NCBI GenBank assembly: GCA_012270545.1
Contig: JAAXID010000132.1
Location: 17,236-77,031 of the forward strand
Reading direction: 5' to 3'
Length of the DNA stretch: 59,796 nt
Source of the DNA: Anaerolineae bacterium
GTDB taxonomy: Bacteria > Chloroflexota > Anaerolineae > Aggregatilineales > Phototrophicaceae
A program made the translations under genes and the position numbers. A model generated the notes under the pieces. The model was not told the origin of the DNA. It did not search any database and saw nothing but the letters and a program-made list of their open reading frames with translations. Positions 27,423 through 35,248 of the stretch are shown here, in pieces; the stretch's first letter is position 1, and every line of letters begins with the position of its first letter.

Positions 27423-28259
27423 ATGCCCTACCCCCTCGATCCCAACAAGATGTATTACATGCCAACGCATTTCGGTCCGCGCACCGGTCCCAGACAAGGT
27501 CCAGATGGTCGCAAATTCGAGTGCATCGACAACCCTTACGGAACCGCCTACAGCGTCAGCTTCCTCACCAATGCGCAGCAGTTGGAAGCTTTTCTGCCAC
27601 CTGGCTTTTCCCTCGACGGAGAACCGGTGGTCACTGTCTTTACTAACCACATGACGGAGATCGAATGGCTGGCGGGCCGCGGATATAACGTCCTGGGCGT
27701 CACTTTTCCCGTGAGATTCGCTGGCGAGCGGGACCAGGCGCGCGGCAGCTTTCTGACAGTGCTGTGGGAGAATCTGACCGATCCTATTCTCACCGGCCGC
27801 GAAGAGATCGGCTTCTCGAAGATCTATTGCGAGCTGCCCCCGCCAACTCACTTGCGCGGCCACTATCACCTCATCGCCAGCTGGCTGGGCTTCAAGTTCC
27901 TAGATATCCACATAAGCGATTTGCGAGAACTATCGTGTGAGGAAATACAAACGCAGCAAGCTAGCTCGACAAGCGACGGCACCTTGCACTACAAATATAT
28001 GCCGCGCACCGGCGAGTGGGGAACGGCGGATGTCGCTTACCCCGTATTGACGCCGGCGGGCAACTCCAACCAGCGCATTCTCGAGCAGCAAATGGGCTCG
28101 GGGAACATCCAATTTCATCGAGCGCGCTGGGAAGACATGCCCACGCAATACAATATTGTCAACGCCTTTGCCGATCTGGAAATCCTGGAGTATCGGGGCG
28201 CGAGCTTGACGAAGACTGTCGGCGGCAAAGACATCAGCGACCAGCGCATCTTGCGCTAA
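27423..28259 (+). CDS. Acetoacetate decarboxylase (ADC) family protein
   Basis: 278 aa. …YYMPTHFGP…LPPGFSLDGEPVVTVF…GYNVLGVTFPV…TVLWENLTDPILTGREEIGFSKIY… fits the ADC-like beta-cone family. Confidence 0.65.
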   Translation: MPYPLDPNKMYYMPTHFGPRTGPRQGPDGRKFECIDNPYGTAYSVSFLTNAQQLEAFLPPGFSLDGEPVVTVFTNHMTEIEWLAGRGYNVLGVTFPVRFAGERDQARGSFLTVLWENLTDPILTGREEIGFSKIYCELPPPTHLRGHYHLIASWLGFKFLDIHISDLRELSCEEIQTQQASSTSDGTLHYKYMPRTGEWGTADVAYPVLTPAGNSNQRILEQQMGSGNIQFHRARWEDMPTQYNIVNAFADLEILEYRGASLTKTVGGKDISDQRILR

Positions 28260-28312
28260 GGACGATACTATTGACCAAAAATCCTGCGCTGAGCGACTAG
28301 CAGGAGGGAAAG

Positions 28313-29134
28313 ATGTACAACTTGAGTGGAAAAATCGCGCTGGTGACTGGCGCGGCTGGTGCGGCCGGTTTGGGTCGCGCAATTGCCTTGCGCTTGGCGC
28401 AGGAAGGCGCGGATCTTGTCGTCAATGACCTGAGTGAAGAGGTGGGCTTTCGCTCCGGCTTGCCCGATGTCGTCCGTGAGATTGAAGCCTTAGGTCGACG
28501 CGGGCTAGCGGTTTACGCCGATGTGGCCAACTCACTGCAAGTTGAAACTATGGTAGAGCGGGCGCTGGATCATTTCGGCAGAATCGACATTCTTGTCAAC
28601 AACGCCGGCGCGCCAGCTGGTCAGGACCGCGTACCGGTTGTGGAGCTAGAAGAAGACGCCTTCGACCTCGTGCAGCGCGTCAACGTAAAAGGCACATTTC
28701 TCTGCTGTCGCGCGGTGGCGCGCCATATGCTCCAACGCGGCGATGGTGGCACAATCATCAACATATCGTCAACTTCGGGCAAGTACGGCGTCGCCCGTTT
28801 CGCCGCATACTGCGCCTCGAAGTTCGCCGTGCGCGGATTCACGCAAGCGCTGGCGCAAGAGCTCGCGCCGCAGCAGATCACCGTATATGCCATCTGCCCG
28901 GGTCTAGTCGCCACCGAGCGCATCGACGATATGGCCTCCGTCCTCGCTCCGCCAGGCGTAGACCCATCCCATCATCGCGAGCAGATGATCGCCACTTCAA
29001 TCAACAGCGTGCCACTAGGACGCATGACTGAACAAGATGACATTGCCAAGGTAGCGGCTTTCCTAGCGTCCGACCAATCGGATTTCATGACGGGCGCGTC
29101 ACTGACGGTGGATGGCGGTTATCACATGGATTAG
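28313..29134 (+). CDS. SDR-family oxidoreductase
   Basis: 273 aa with TGAAGAAGLGRA, NNAG and YCASKFA (YxxxK). Confidence 0.85.
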   Translation: MYNLSGKIALVTGAAGAAGLGRAIALRLAQEGADLVVNDLSEEVGFRSGLPDVVREIEALGRRGLAVYADVANSLQVETMVERALDHFGRIDILVNNAGAPAGQDRVPVVELEEDAFDLVQRVNVKGTFLCCRAVARHMLQRGDGGTIINISSTSGKYGVARFAAYCASKFAVRGFTQALAQELAPQQITVYAICPGLVATERIDDMASVLAPPGVDPSHHREQMIATSINSVPLGRMTEQDDIAKVAAFLASDQSDFMTGASLTVDGGYHMD

Positions 29135-29166
29135 GCTATCGATTAGAGAATCACGAAAGGAAACGA

Positions 29167-29967
29167 GTGGGAAAGGAACGGCTGCAGGACAAGGTCGCGC
29201 TCGTCGTTGGCGCCGGTTCGCGCGGTGAACCGGCTGGCACCGGCTACGCCACGGCAAAGCTCTTCGCTCAACATGGCGCATCTGTCGTATTAGTGGACAA
29301 CAATCGCGAGCGCGCTGAAGCAACCGAGCAAGAGATCCTCGAAGACGGCGGCACCGCTTCTATCTTCGAAGCGGATGTCACCAGCGAAGAGGACTGTGAA
29401 GCCATGGTGGCGACTTGCAGTGAGCGCTATGGCGGGTTGCATATCCTCTTCAACAATGTCGCGACGAGTGGCTCCGGCAAAGTCACAGATGTCAGCGCGG
29501 AGGAACTGGATGCGGCTTTCGCCATCAACCTGAGAAGTATGATGCTAACCTGCAAATATGCCATACCGCTGATGAAAGCCAGCGGCGGCGGATCCATCAT
29601 CAATGTTTCATCGATCGATGGCTTGCGCACCGGCATGCACCCTAATGTGCCCTACGCCGTGACCAAAGCCGGGGCGGTGCAGCTCGCCCGGGTTATTGCG
29701 GTCCACCACGGACGCGACAACATCCGCGCCAACTGTATCGCTCCCGGACACATTTATGCGCCATTTGCGACTCATATCTCCGAAGAAAAACGAAGGCTGC
29801 GCAAAAATGTAGCGCCGCTGGGCAGCGAAGGAAATGCCTGGGATATCGCCTGGGCGGCTGTCTTTCTGGCAAGCGATGAGGCGCGCTGGATATCCGGTGT
29901 TGTCTTGCCCGTTGATGGGGGCCTGCTAGCGGCCACTCCTTTAGCTGTCTACGACAATCTTACTTAA
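29167..29967 (+). CDS. SDR-family oxidoreductase
   Basis: 266 aa. GTG start. Has VGAGSRG, NNVA and YAVTKAG (YxxxK). Confidence 0.8.
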   Translation: MGKERLQDKVALVVGAGSRGEPAGTGYATAKLFAQHGASVVLVDNNRERAEATEQEILEDGGTASIFEADVTSEEDCEAMVATCSERYGGLHILFNNVATSGSGKVTDVSAEELDAAFAINLRSMMLTCKYAIPLMKASGGGSIINVSSIDGLRTGMHPNVPYAVTKAGAVQLARVIAVHHGRDNIRANCIAPGHIYAPFATHISEEKRRLRKNVAPLGSEGNAWDIAWAAVFLASDEARWISGVVLPVDGGLLAATPLAVYDNLT

Positions 29968-30538
29968 GAGCGCCCCCCCACCTGCCGCCTTGACAACTGC
30001 GCGAAAACAATCTCTATATACAGCTATAACAGAACATACATTCTAAGTTTGTGCCACGCTCTCATCTGGAGCGCAGCTCACGAATTCCGACGAGAACTTC
30101 TTGCAACCTGGACAAAACGCGTGTATACTGTATAAATATAAGGAGTGCAACAAAAAACGAGCTGGAAGCTCGCTTTGGATCGATTTCCCTGCGCCAGAAG
30201 GGAAGTCAAGATCGTTACAATCTTGTCCTCATTTTAGCACAGATGTACCGAACTGTCACGCGAGATTTGACTGCAATTTAGCCAGTTTTTCAGGTAAAAT
30301 CGTCGCTCATTATGCAGCTCTTTCCTGGTAGCTGGAACCGAAAAAGAAGGGACATCCACCCCTTCTCCAAATTCAAGTCAGACCTGTTGCGCTCTTAAAA
30401 CGATCGGCTACTGTATGCTAAGTAGCCGATCCATTATAAGCCCGCATCTGCCCGCAATGTGGAGCAGCTTGTTTTGTATTCATGCAAGGTCTACGCCAAG
30501 ACTTGACTAACATTGAAAGAAAGTAGCGGCGAAAAAGG

Positions 30539-32563
30539 ATGAGAAAAACAGACAACTCTTTGCAAAAGCAGTTGCGAAAGCGCGCGAAGAATTTAGCGCA
30601 GGCCGGCTACTCGCCGATTCCGGTCCACGGCAATAGCTCGCCGGCGGAACCAAAGAAGCCCGCTGTCAACTGGCGTATATATCAGAATCGAATCGCATCA
30701 GCAGCGGAAATTAAGCGGGGATTCAAGGAGAAAGTGACGGCATTAGGCATTGTCTGCGGCCGGGTATCAAAGCTGATGGTGATCGATTTCGACGATGTGC
30801 TGCGCTATCAACGCTTTTGTCGTCATCTTCCACAGTACAGCGAAACCTACACGGTGAAGACCAAGCGTGGCTTTCATTTGTATTTTCGCACAGGGGAGAA
30901 GGTACCAAGTCATCAGTTTGATGGTGGCGACATCAAGGCCGAGCGATCGTATATTATTGCGCCTCCATCGCGGATCGGAACCTTCGTCTATCGCTGCGTA
31001 AAGGATGTAATCGAGTGTGAACTAACAAAGACCGATGTGAACCAGTTACTCAAATACTTTCATGTAAACGCATTGACGCATGCTCCGGCAGGCAAGCGGA
31101 TAAGAGAAACAAAGGACCTGAACCTCAAGCGTCTATACCGCCGGCTTGCGCCACGCATAGGTCGAAATAATGCACTATACCGCGTCGCAGCCATTGCAAG
31201 GGAATCCGGCATCGCTAAAGCGGATACCGAAAATCAATTGATCAAGTTACATGCTGAGACGCCAAGTCACCCTGGCCACAGATACGAAACAGCCAGTGAG
31301 CGATGGCAAGAGGGCTTGCGCACAATTGAAAGTGCTTATGGAAATAGCGGACTACCGAATAAGGGAAGAGATGGCCTGCCAAATTCTGTGCGCGAGCGAT
31401 TACTGAAGGCACAACGTTCGACCATTGTCGCTCGCCTATTGGACATCTTCGCTTTAGCGGGCTGGGAAACCGACGCGTACTTCACTTTGAAAGAGGCTGT
31501 GAACTTAGGCAAAGAGTTCAGTTTGAATAGAAAGAGCATCCTGCAAGCTTTGACCGGCGACCTCAGCATCTACGATGGGCGGCATATCATCAGTAGAAGA
31601 TATGTAGAATACTTGGACATTAAGGGACTTAATTCGCGGAAGCGTGGGAGACCGGTGGAGCTGGCCTTTCAGGTGCCGTCGATTGCGAGACTGATGAGTG
31701 TGTTGAATGTCGGACGGTCTCCCAGTGATCGTCTGCGCATCGAGGATGTAAGATCGGCAAAGTTGTATCGAATGGCGGTGCACCGCGAATATATTCACAG
31801 GCTATCGCCGAGGTCGTCGTTGTCGATTTTGGCTGGACGCGTTGGCGTGAATGAGCGGACGATACGCAGGTACAACCGGGCGCTGGGCGTAACGCTGACG
31901 GCCTGTGTGGGCCGCCTGAAACTGACTCGAGAGGCTTTGGCGAGCTTGCCAAAACGTGGCTGGCGCGCCGGGAAGAACACGACGAGTGGATTCTGGCTGG
32001 AGACGGCAGATGGATCGCGCTTGCCGGCCTGGCGGCACGTTGGTGCAAGGCTCCTGCGTGCGGGCGACGGCAGCGCGAATATCTGCGTGAGGCACGCTTC
32101 GGTGTTTAGTTTGGGCGTGGAGCTCAGGCCCGCATTTCAGTTTGAGAATGTGTCAGTACGGCAATTTGCCCGCCTGCTCGTATTGCGGGGCGAAGCGGCG
32201 AACGATGGCGGGCTGATTGGGCGATTGGGCAATGCCTTGGACGCGGCCCGTGGGCGCGCTGCGGCGCTGCGATACGAAAGAGTTCAGCTGTTCTTCGACA
32301 GCGTGGAGAGGCGAATAGCGGATGATAAGGTGGCGGAGACGATCAGCGGCTATTTATTCGCGCGTGACGATAGCGGCGCGGAAGTGCGACGGCCCGCGCG
32401 AAGGGGGATAGCGTACCGGATGCTAAAGGAGTACGGCAACGGGAATGTTTACCTGGCGCTGCGCAGTTCGTACAAGGATGTGGTGGTGTCACTGGCGCGT
32501 CATGCGTTGCAAGCGGGCGATGCGGAGCAGGGATTGGACCTGTTGGCGCGTACCTTGGCTTAA
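30539..32563 (+). CDS. Bifunctional DNA primase/polymerase (PrimPol) N-terminal-domain replication protein
   Basis: 674 aa. The N-terminus has AEP/PrimPol motifs LMVIDFDD (DxD), KTKRGFHLYF (catalytic His region) and DIKAERSYIIAPPS. I found no P-loop in the remaining ~480 aa. Confidence 0.7.
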   Translation: MRKTDNSLQKQLRKRAKNLAQAGYSPIPVHGNSSPAEPKKPAVNWRIYQNRIASAAEIKRGFKEKVTALGIVCGRVSKLMVIDFDDVLRYQRFCRHLPQYSETYTVKTKRGFHLYFRTGEKVPSHQFDGGDIKAERSYIIAPPSRIGTFVYRCVKDVIECELTKTDVNQLLKYFHVNALTHAPAGKRIRETKDLNLKRLYRRLAPRIGRNNALYRVAAIARESGIAKADTENQLIKLHAETPSHPGHRYETASERWQEGLRTIESAYGNSGLPNKGRDGLPNSVRERLLKAQRSTIVARLLDIFALAGWETDAYFTLKEAVNLGKEFSLNRKSILQALTGDLSIYDGRHIISRRYVEYLDIKGLNSRKRGRPVELAFQVPSIARLMSVLNVGRSPSDRLRIEDVRSAKLYRMAVHREYIHRLSPRSSLSILAGRVGVNERTIRRYNRALGVTLTACVGRLKLTREALASLPKRGWRAGKNTTSGFWLETADGSRLPAWRHVGARLLRAGDGSANICVRHASVFSLGVELRPAFQFENVSVRQFARLLVLRGEAANDGGLIGRLGNALDAARGRAAALRYERVQLFFDSVERRIADDKVAETISGYLFARDDSGAEVRRPARRGIAYRMLKEYGNGNVYLALRSSYKDVVVSLARHALQAGDAEQGLDLLARTLA

Positions 32564-32614
32564 CTTGGCAGGGCTAAGTGATGCGCTAGCGCGGACGCGG
32601 GCAGCGGGTCGACC

Positions 32615-32638
32615 GATACCGTTACTCGTGTAACGGTT
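32615..32638. promoter_or_regulatory. parS-like palindrome (imperfect copy)
   Basis: GATACCGTTACTCGTGTAACGGTT has one central mismatch to the perfect copy at 32902-32927. It lies between the PrimPol stop and its terminator. Confidence 0.5.
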
Positions 32639-32654
32639 GAGGCACAGTGCGAGA

Positions 32655-32684
32655 AAGCGCATCTTCGGATGTGCTTTTAATTTT
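32655..32684 (+). terminator. Putative intrinsic terminator after the PrimPol gene
   Basis: AAGCGCATC-TTCG-GATGTGCTT (9-bp stem with one G-U pair, UUCG loop), followed by TTAATTTT. Confidence 0.55.
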
Positions 32685-32714
32685 GGCTATTGTTGAAGAT
32701 GCGCTGTCGGGGAG

Positions 32715-33923
32715 TCAGCTATCAGATTCGTCGATGTCCGCCATGAGGCGCAAGAGCTGCCGGATTTCAGCTTCAATGAGCTTGCGGATCTTTGGCCGGT
32801 TGTTGAAGTCGACGGAATTGATCTCCTTGCGGAGTTTGTTGCGCCACTGCGTGGCATCGGCGGCGAGACGCGCGATCGTGTCCTTCTTGCGCTTGCCTCT
32901 GGATACCGTTACACGTGTAACGGTATCGAGGGCAGCTCGCATCTTGCGGAGTTCGCCTTCACTCAAGTCTTCGTCGTCCCCCTTGCGCCACAGTTCACCG
33001 GGCAGACGCAAGAGCGCCCGATACTGACGGAGCTGGCCCGCATCTGAGAACCCCATGGCATTAAGGAGTCGCTCGCCTTGGCCCCGGGGAATGCGCCAGG
33101 CCGAGCCGTCAGCGACTTGCGCGTAAAAGGCTTGTTCGTTGTCGCAGGCGTCGAGCTTGCTGAAATGCTGCCAGCCGTGCAGGTCCATCAAGAGAAGCGA
33201 CAGTTGTCGTGCCCGGCTGATCGCGTTGAGGTTGTCGCGCGCGTTGTTTTCGCTCGCTTGACGCCAGACATCGACCTGAGTCACGATGCGAGCTGGAATG
33301 CGGGACCAATTGACGACATTGCCATCGGGCCGCTTATCGCCGTCGCCGAACTTCCAATAGAGGATGTGATAAGCGAGCCAGCGCCGTTCGCCCGTTTCGA
33401 TCTCGTAATAATTGTCGTGTTGCACAAGGCTGATGGGATTGGACAAGCCGTCGCGACGGATGCTGGCGGCCAGGTCGATCAGTTTCATCAACGCGAGTTC
33501 TTTGCTCGAAGCCATTTGACCGGCAGGCGTGGCCTCCCCATCCTGGCTCTCGGCGCGTTCGCCGCGGTCGGTCGCCGTGCCCAACAGGAAGTTGAGGATA
33601 TCGTAATCCTTCTGCCCTTTTTCGAGCTGTACTTCGATGATCCAGCGCTCGAAAATGTCTACGATGTTTTTGGGATGAAGAGCGAAGATATCGGTGAGAT
33701 CATGGGGAATGCTGTAGCGCGGCTGGATGGAATTCGGATGAATCTCATGGATGCTGACCGCTTCAATCGGCTGAAACTCGCTGTCGGCCGCGGCGATCTC
33801 CAGCGCCAATTCCCCCAAGCCAAAGCCGATGGCGTCGGCGGTTTTTGGGTCGAGCGTGTTGGGATTGGCAAAGAGCAGATTTTCTTCGTCCTGTATTTTC
33901 CGCCGGCGTTCACGACTGCTCAT
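32715..33923 (-). CDS. parB: ParB/Srx-domain partition protein
   Basis: ATG at 33923 lies 7 nt after GGAGGAG (the ORF extends to 33947). ParB box I-like [13 protein letters not shown] and box [17 protein letters not shown], with an HTH region after them. It overlaps the parA stop by 14 nt. Confidence 0.8.
   Translation of the reverse strand: MSSRERRRKIQDEENLLFANPNTLDPKTADAIGFGLGELALEIAAADSEFQPIEAVSIHEIHPNSIQPRYSIPHDLTDIFALHPKNIVDIFERWIIEVQLEKGQKDYDILNFLLGTATDRGERAESQDGEATPAGQMASSKELALMKLIDLAASIRRDGLSNPISLVQHDNYYEIETGERRWLAYHILYWKFGDGDKRPDGNVVNWSRIPARIVTQVDVWRQASENNARDNLNAISRARQLSLLLMDLHGWQHFSKLDACDNEQAFYAQVADGSAWRIPRGQGERLLNAMGFSDAGQLRQYRALLRLPGELWRKGDDEDLSEGELRKMRAALDTVTRVTVSRGKRKKDTIARLAADATQWRNKLRKEINSVDFNNRPKIRKLIEAEIRQLLRLMADIDESDS
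32902..32927. promoter_or_regulatory. parS-like perfect 26-bp palindrome inside the 3' part of parB
   Basis: GATACCGTTACACGTGTAACGGTATC. The core GTTACACGTGTAAC differs from the canonical parS core GTTTCACGTGAAAC only at one symmetric position pair. Confidence 0.55.
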
Positions 33924-34707
33924 ACATCCGCTCCTCCAACTGCTCAATCAGGTGCCAGGCATCTTCGGCGGTGCTGCTGCCGGGCGCCAGTGAGAAGACT
34001 GTGCGGCGCGCGCTCGCCACTTCCGTCCAGATGGTGCGCACCGGAAGCGGCTTCCACACCAGGCTGCCGAAAGTGTCTTGCAAGCGGCGCAGGTTGTCCT
34101 GATGTTCGAGAGTCCGCCCGCGGTACATGGTCGGCACCACCCCAAGGACTTTGATATCGTTCAAATTATATTGCTGCCGAATTGGGCTGAACTGGTCTTT
34201 GTGTGTCAAGCTTTCACGCAGACCATCGAAGCTCCAAGCCTCGCATTTTGTCGGATATATGATCCCGTCCGTCGCCATGTAAATTGAAGAATGCAGCAGG
34301 GACGGGGTCGGCGAAGTATCAAAAAATACAAAATCTATCGCATTGCGTAATTGATTAAATCGCTTCAAAACGGTGAAGGCATCGGATATATTTCCGGCGA
34401 TGCTGCGCGTCTCTATATTAGATGGCACGACCAGCAACTGCCCGTCCGTATTGTTGGCCTCGTCCGGCACGTTAAAGCGCTCCGGCGGCACCGGGCGCAG
34501 CACCTTCTGAAAGGGGGCGTTGCGGACGATGAGATCGTAAAAGCCGGGTTCCTTCAACAAGCCGAAGGCGATGGTGGCGTGCCCCTGGGGATCAGCGTCG
34601 ACCAGGATGACCCGTTTACCCCGGATGGCTAAACCGGCGGCAAGGTGAGTGGCGAGGGTCGTTTTGCCTACTCCACCTTTTTCGTTCAGGAGCGTGATGA
34701 TTTTCAT
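33910..34707 (-). CDS. parA: ParA/Soj-type partition ATPase
   Basis: 265 aa with deviant Walker [18 protein letters not shown] and Walker B-like [14 protein letters not shown] lies 7 nt upstream of the ATG. Confidence 0.9.
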   Translation of the reverse strand: MKIITLLNEKGGVGKTTLATHLAAGLAIRGKRVILVDADPQGHATIAFGLLKEPGFYDLIVRNAPFQKVLRPVPPERFNVPDEANNTDGQLLVVPSNIETRSIAGNISDAFTVLKRFNQLRNAIDFVFFDTSPTPSLLHSSIYMATDGIIYPTKCEAWSFDGLRESLTHKDQFSPIRQQYNLNDIKVLGVVPTMYRGRTLEHQDNLRRLQDTFGSLVWKPLPVRTIWTEVASARRTVFSLAPGSSTAEDAWHLIEQLEERMYEQS

Positions 34708-34717
34708 GACGATTCAC

Positions 34718-34963
34718 CTATTCTCGCGCGTAGGCTCTAGCGACGGAATAAACGTAGCCGGTTACACCGTTATTAAATGTGACGATGCTGCGACGGAAAA
34801 CGCCTTCATCCACCAATGCGTCCATCATGGTGATGAGGTGCGGTGTCTTCTTCCGATTGAGCCGGTTGACGATCTCGGTACGCGTAAGAGGTCGCTCGCT
34901 GCGCGCGACGATGTCGATCATCAACTGCCGGGTTTCGGAGCGAGGACGGTGGTCTTGGGACAT
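34718..34963 (-). CDS. Small putative winged-helix DNA-binding protein (81 aa), first gene of the par operon
   Basis: ATG at 34963 after GGAGA. …PLTRTEIVNRLNRKKTPHLITMMDALVDEGVF… looks like a wHTH recognition region. Its stop lies 10 nt before the parA start. Function is inferred only. Confidence 0.45.
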   Translation of the reverse strand: MSQDHRPRSETRQLMIDIVARSERPLTRTEIVNRLNRKKTPHLITMMDALVDEGVFRRSIVTFNNGVTGYVYSVARAYARE

Positions 34964-35005
34964 AAGCGAATCGTCTCCGCCATTGGACAGTATAGATACA
35001 ATATA

Positions 35006-35034
35006 ACTATAGCGCGTTTCCCTGAATCGCGCAA
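35006..35034 (-). promoter_or_regulatory. Candidate promoter of the wHTH-parA-parB operon
   Basis: Minus strand reads TTGCGC, 17-nt spacer, TATAGT. The spacer contains the inverted repeat GCGCG…CGCGC, a possible operator. Confidence 0.35.
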
Positions 35035-35207
35035 GGGTGAAGGCGCAAACTGGTAGAATCTGGTACATTACGCAAGATCACGAGCGCAGCGATAGTAACC
35101 TGCACGGCGCCGGTCTTGGAAACAGTGGCATAGAACAAATATGCTAATAAGCATTGCGTCTGGTCGTTGCTCAGCCGGAGAATATCGCAGTCAGCGCTGA
35201 GTCGCCA

Positions 35208-35213
35208 TATAAT
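35208..35213 (+). promoter_or_regulatory. Perfect TATAAT -10 box upstream of the helicase-nuclease operon
   Basis: TATAAT at 35208-35213, about 35 nt before the proposed start region. There is no good -35 element. Confidence 0.3.
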
Positions 35214-35248
35214 CGTGGCAGGTTTCAGTTGTGTTAGGATGAAATACC

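Noticed and set aside
30051-30331. Two overlapping 76-aa ORFs in the AT-rich region upstream of the PrimPol gene.
   Set aside because: They have no SD or family similarity, overlap each other in different frames, and have odd composition. I treat the region as non-coding (a possible origin/promoter region). I also looked for iterons or DnaA boxes there and found only short hairpins (e.g. 30402-30431), nothing repeated convincingly.
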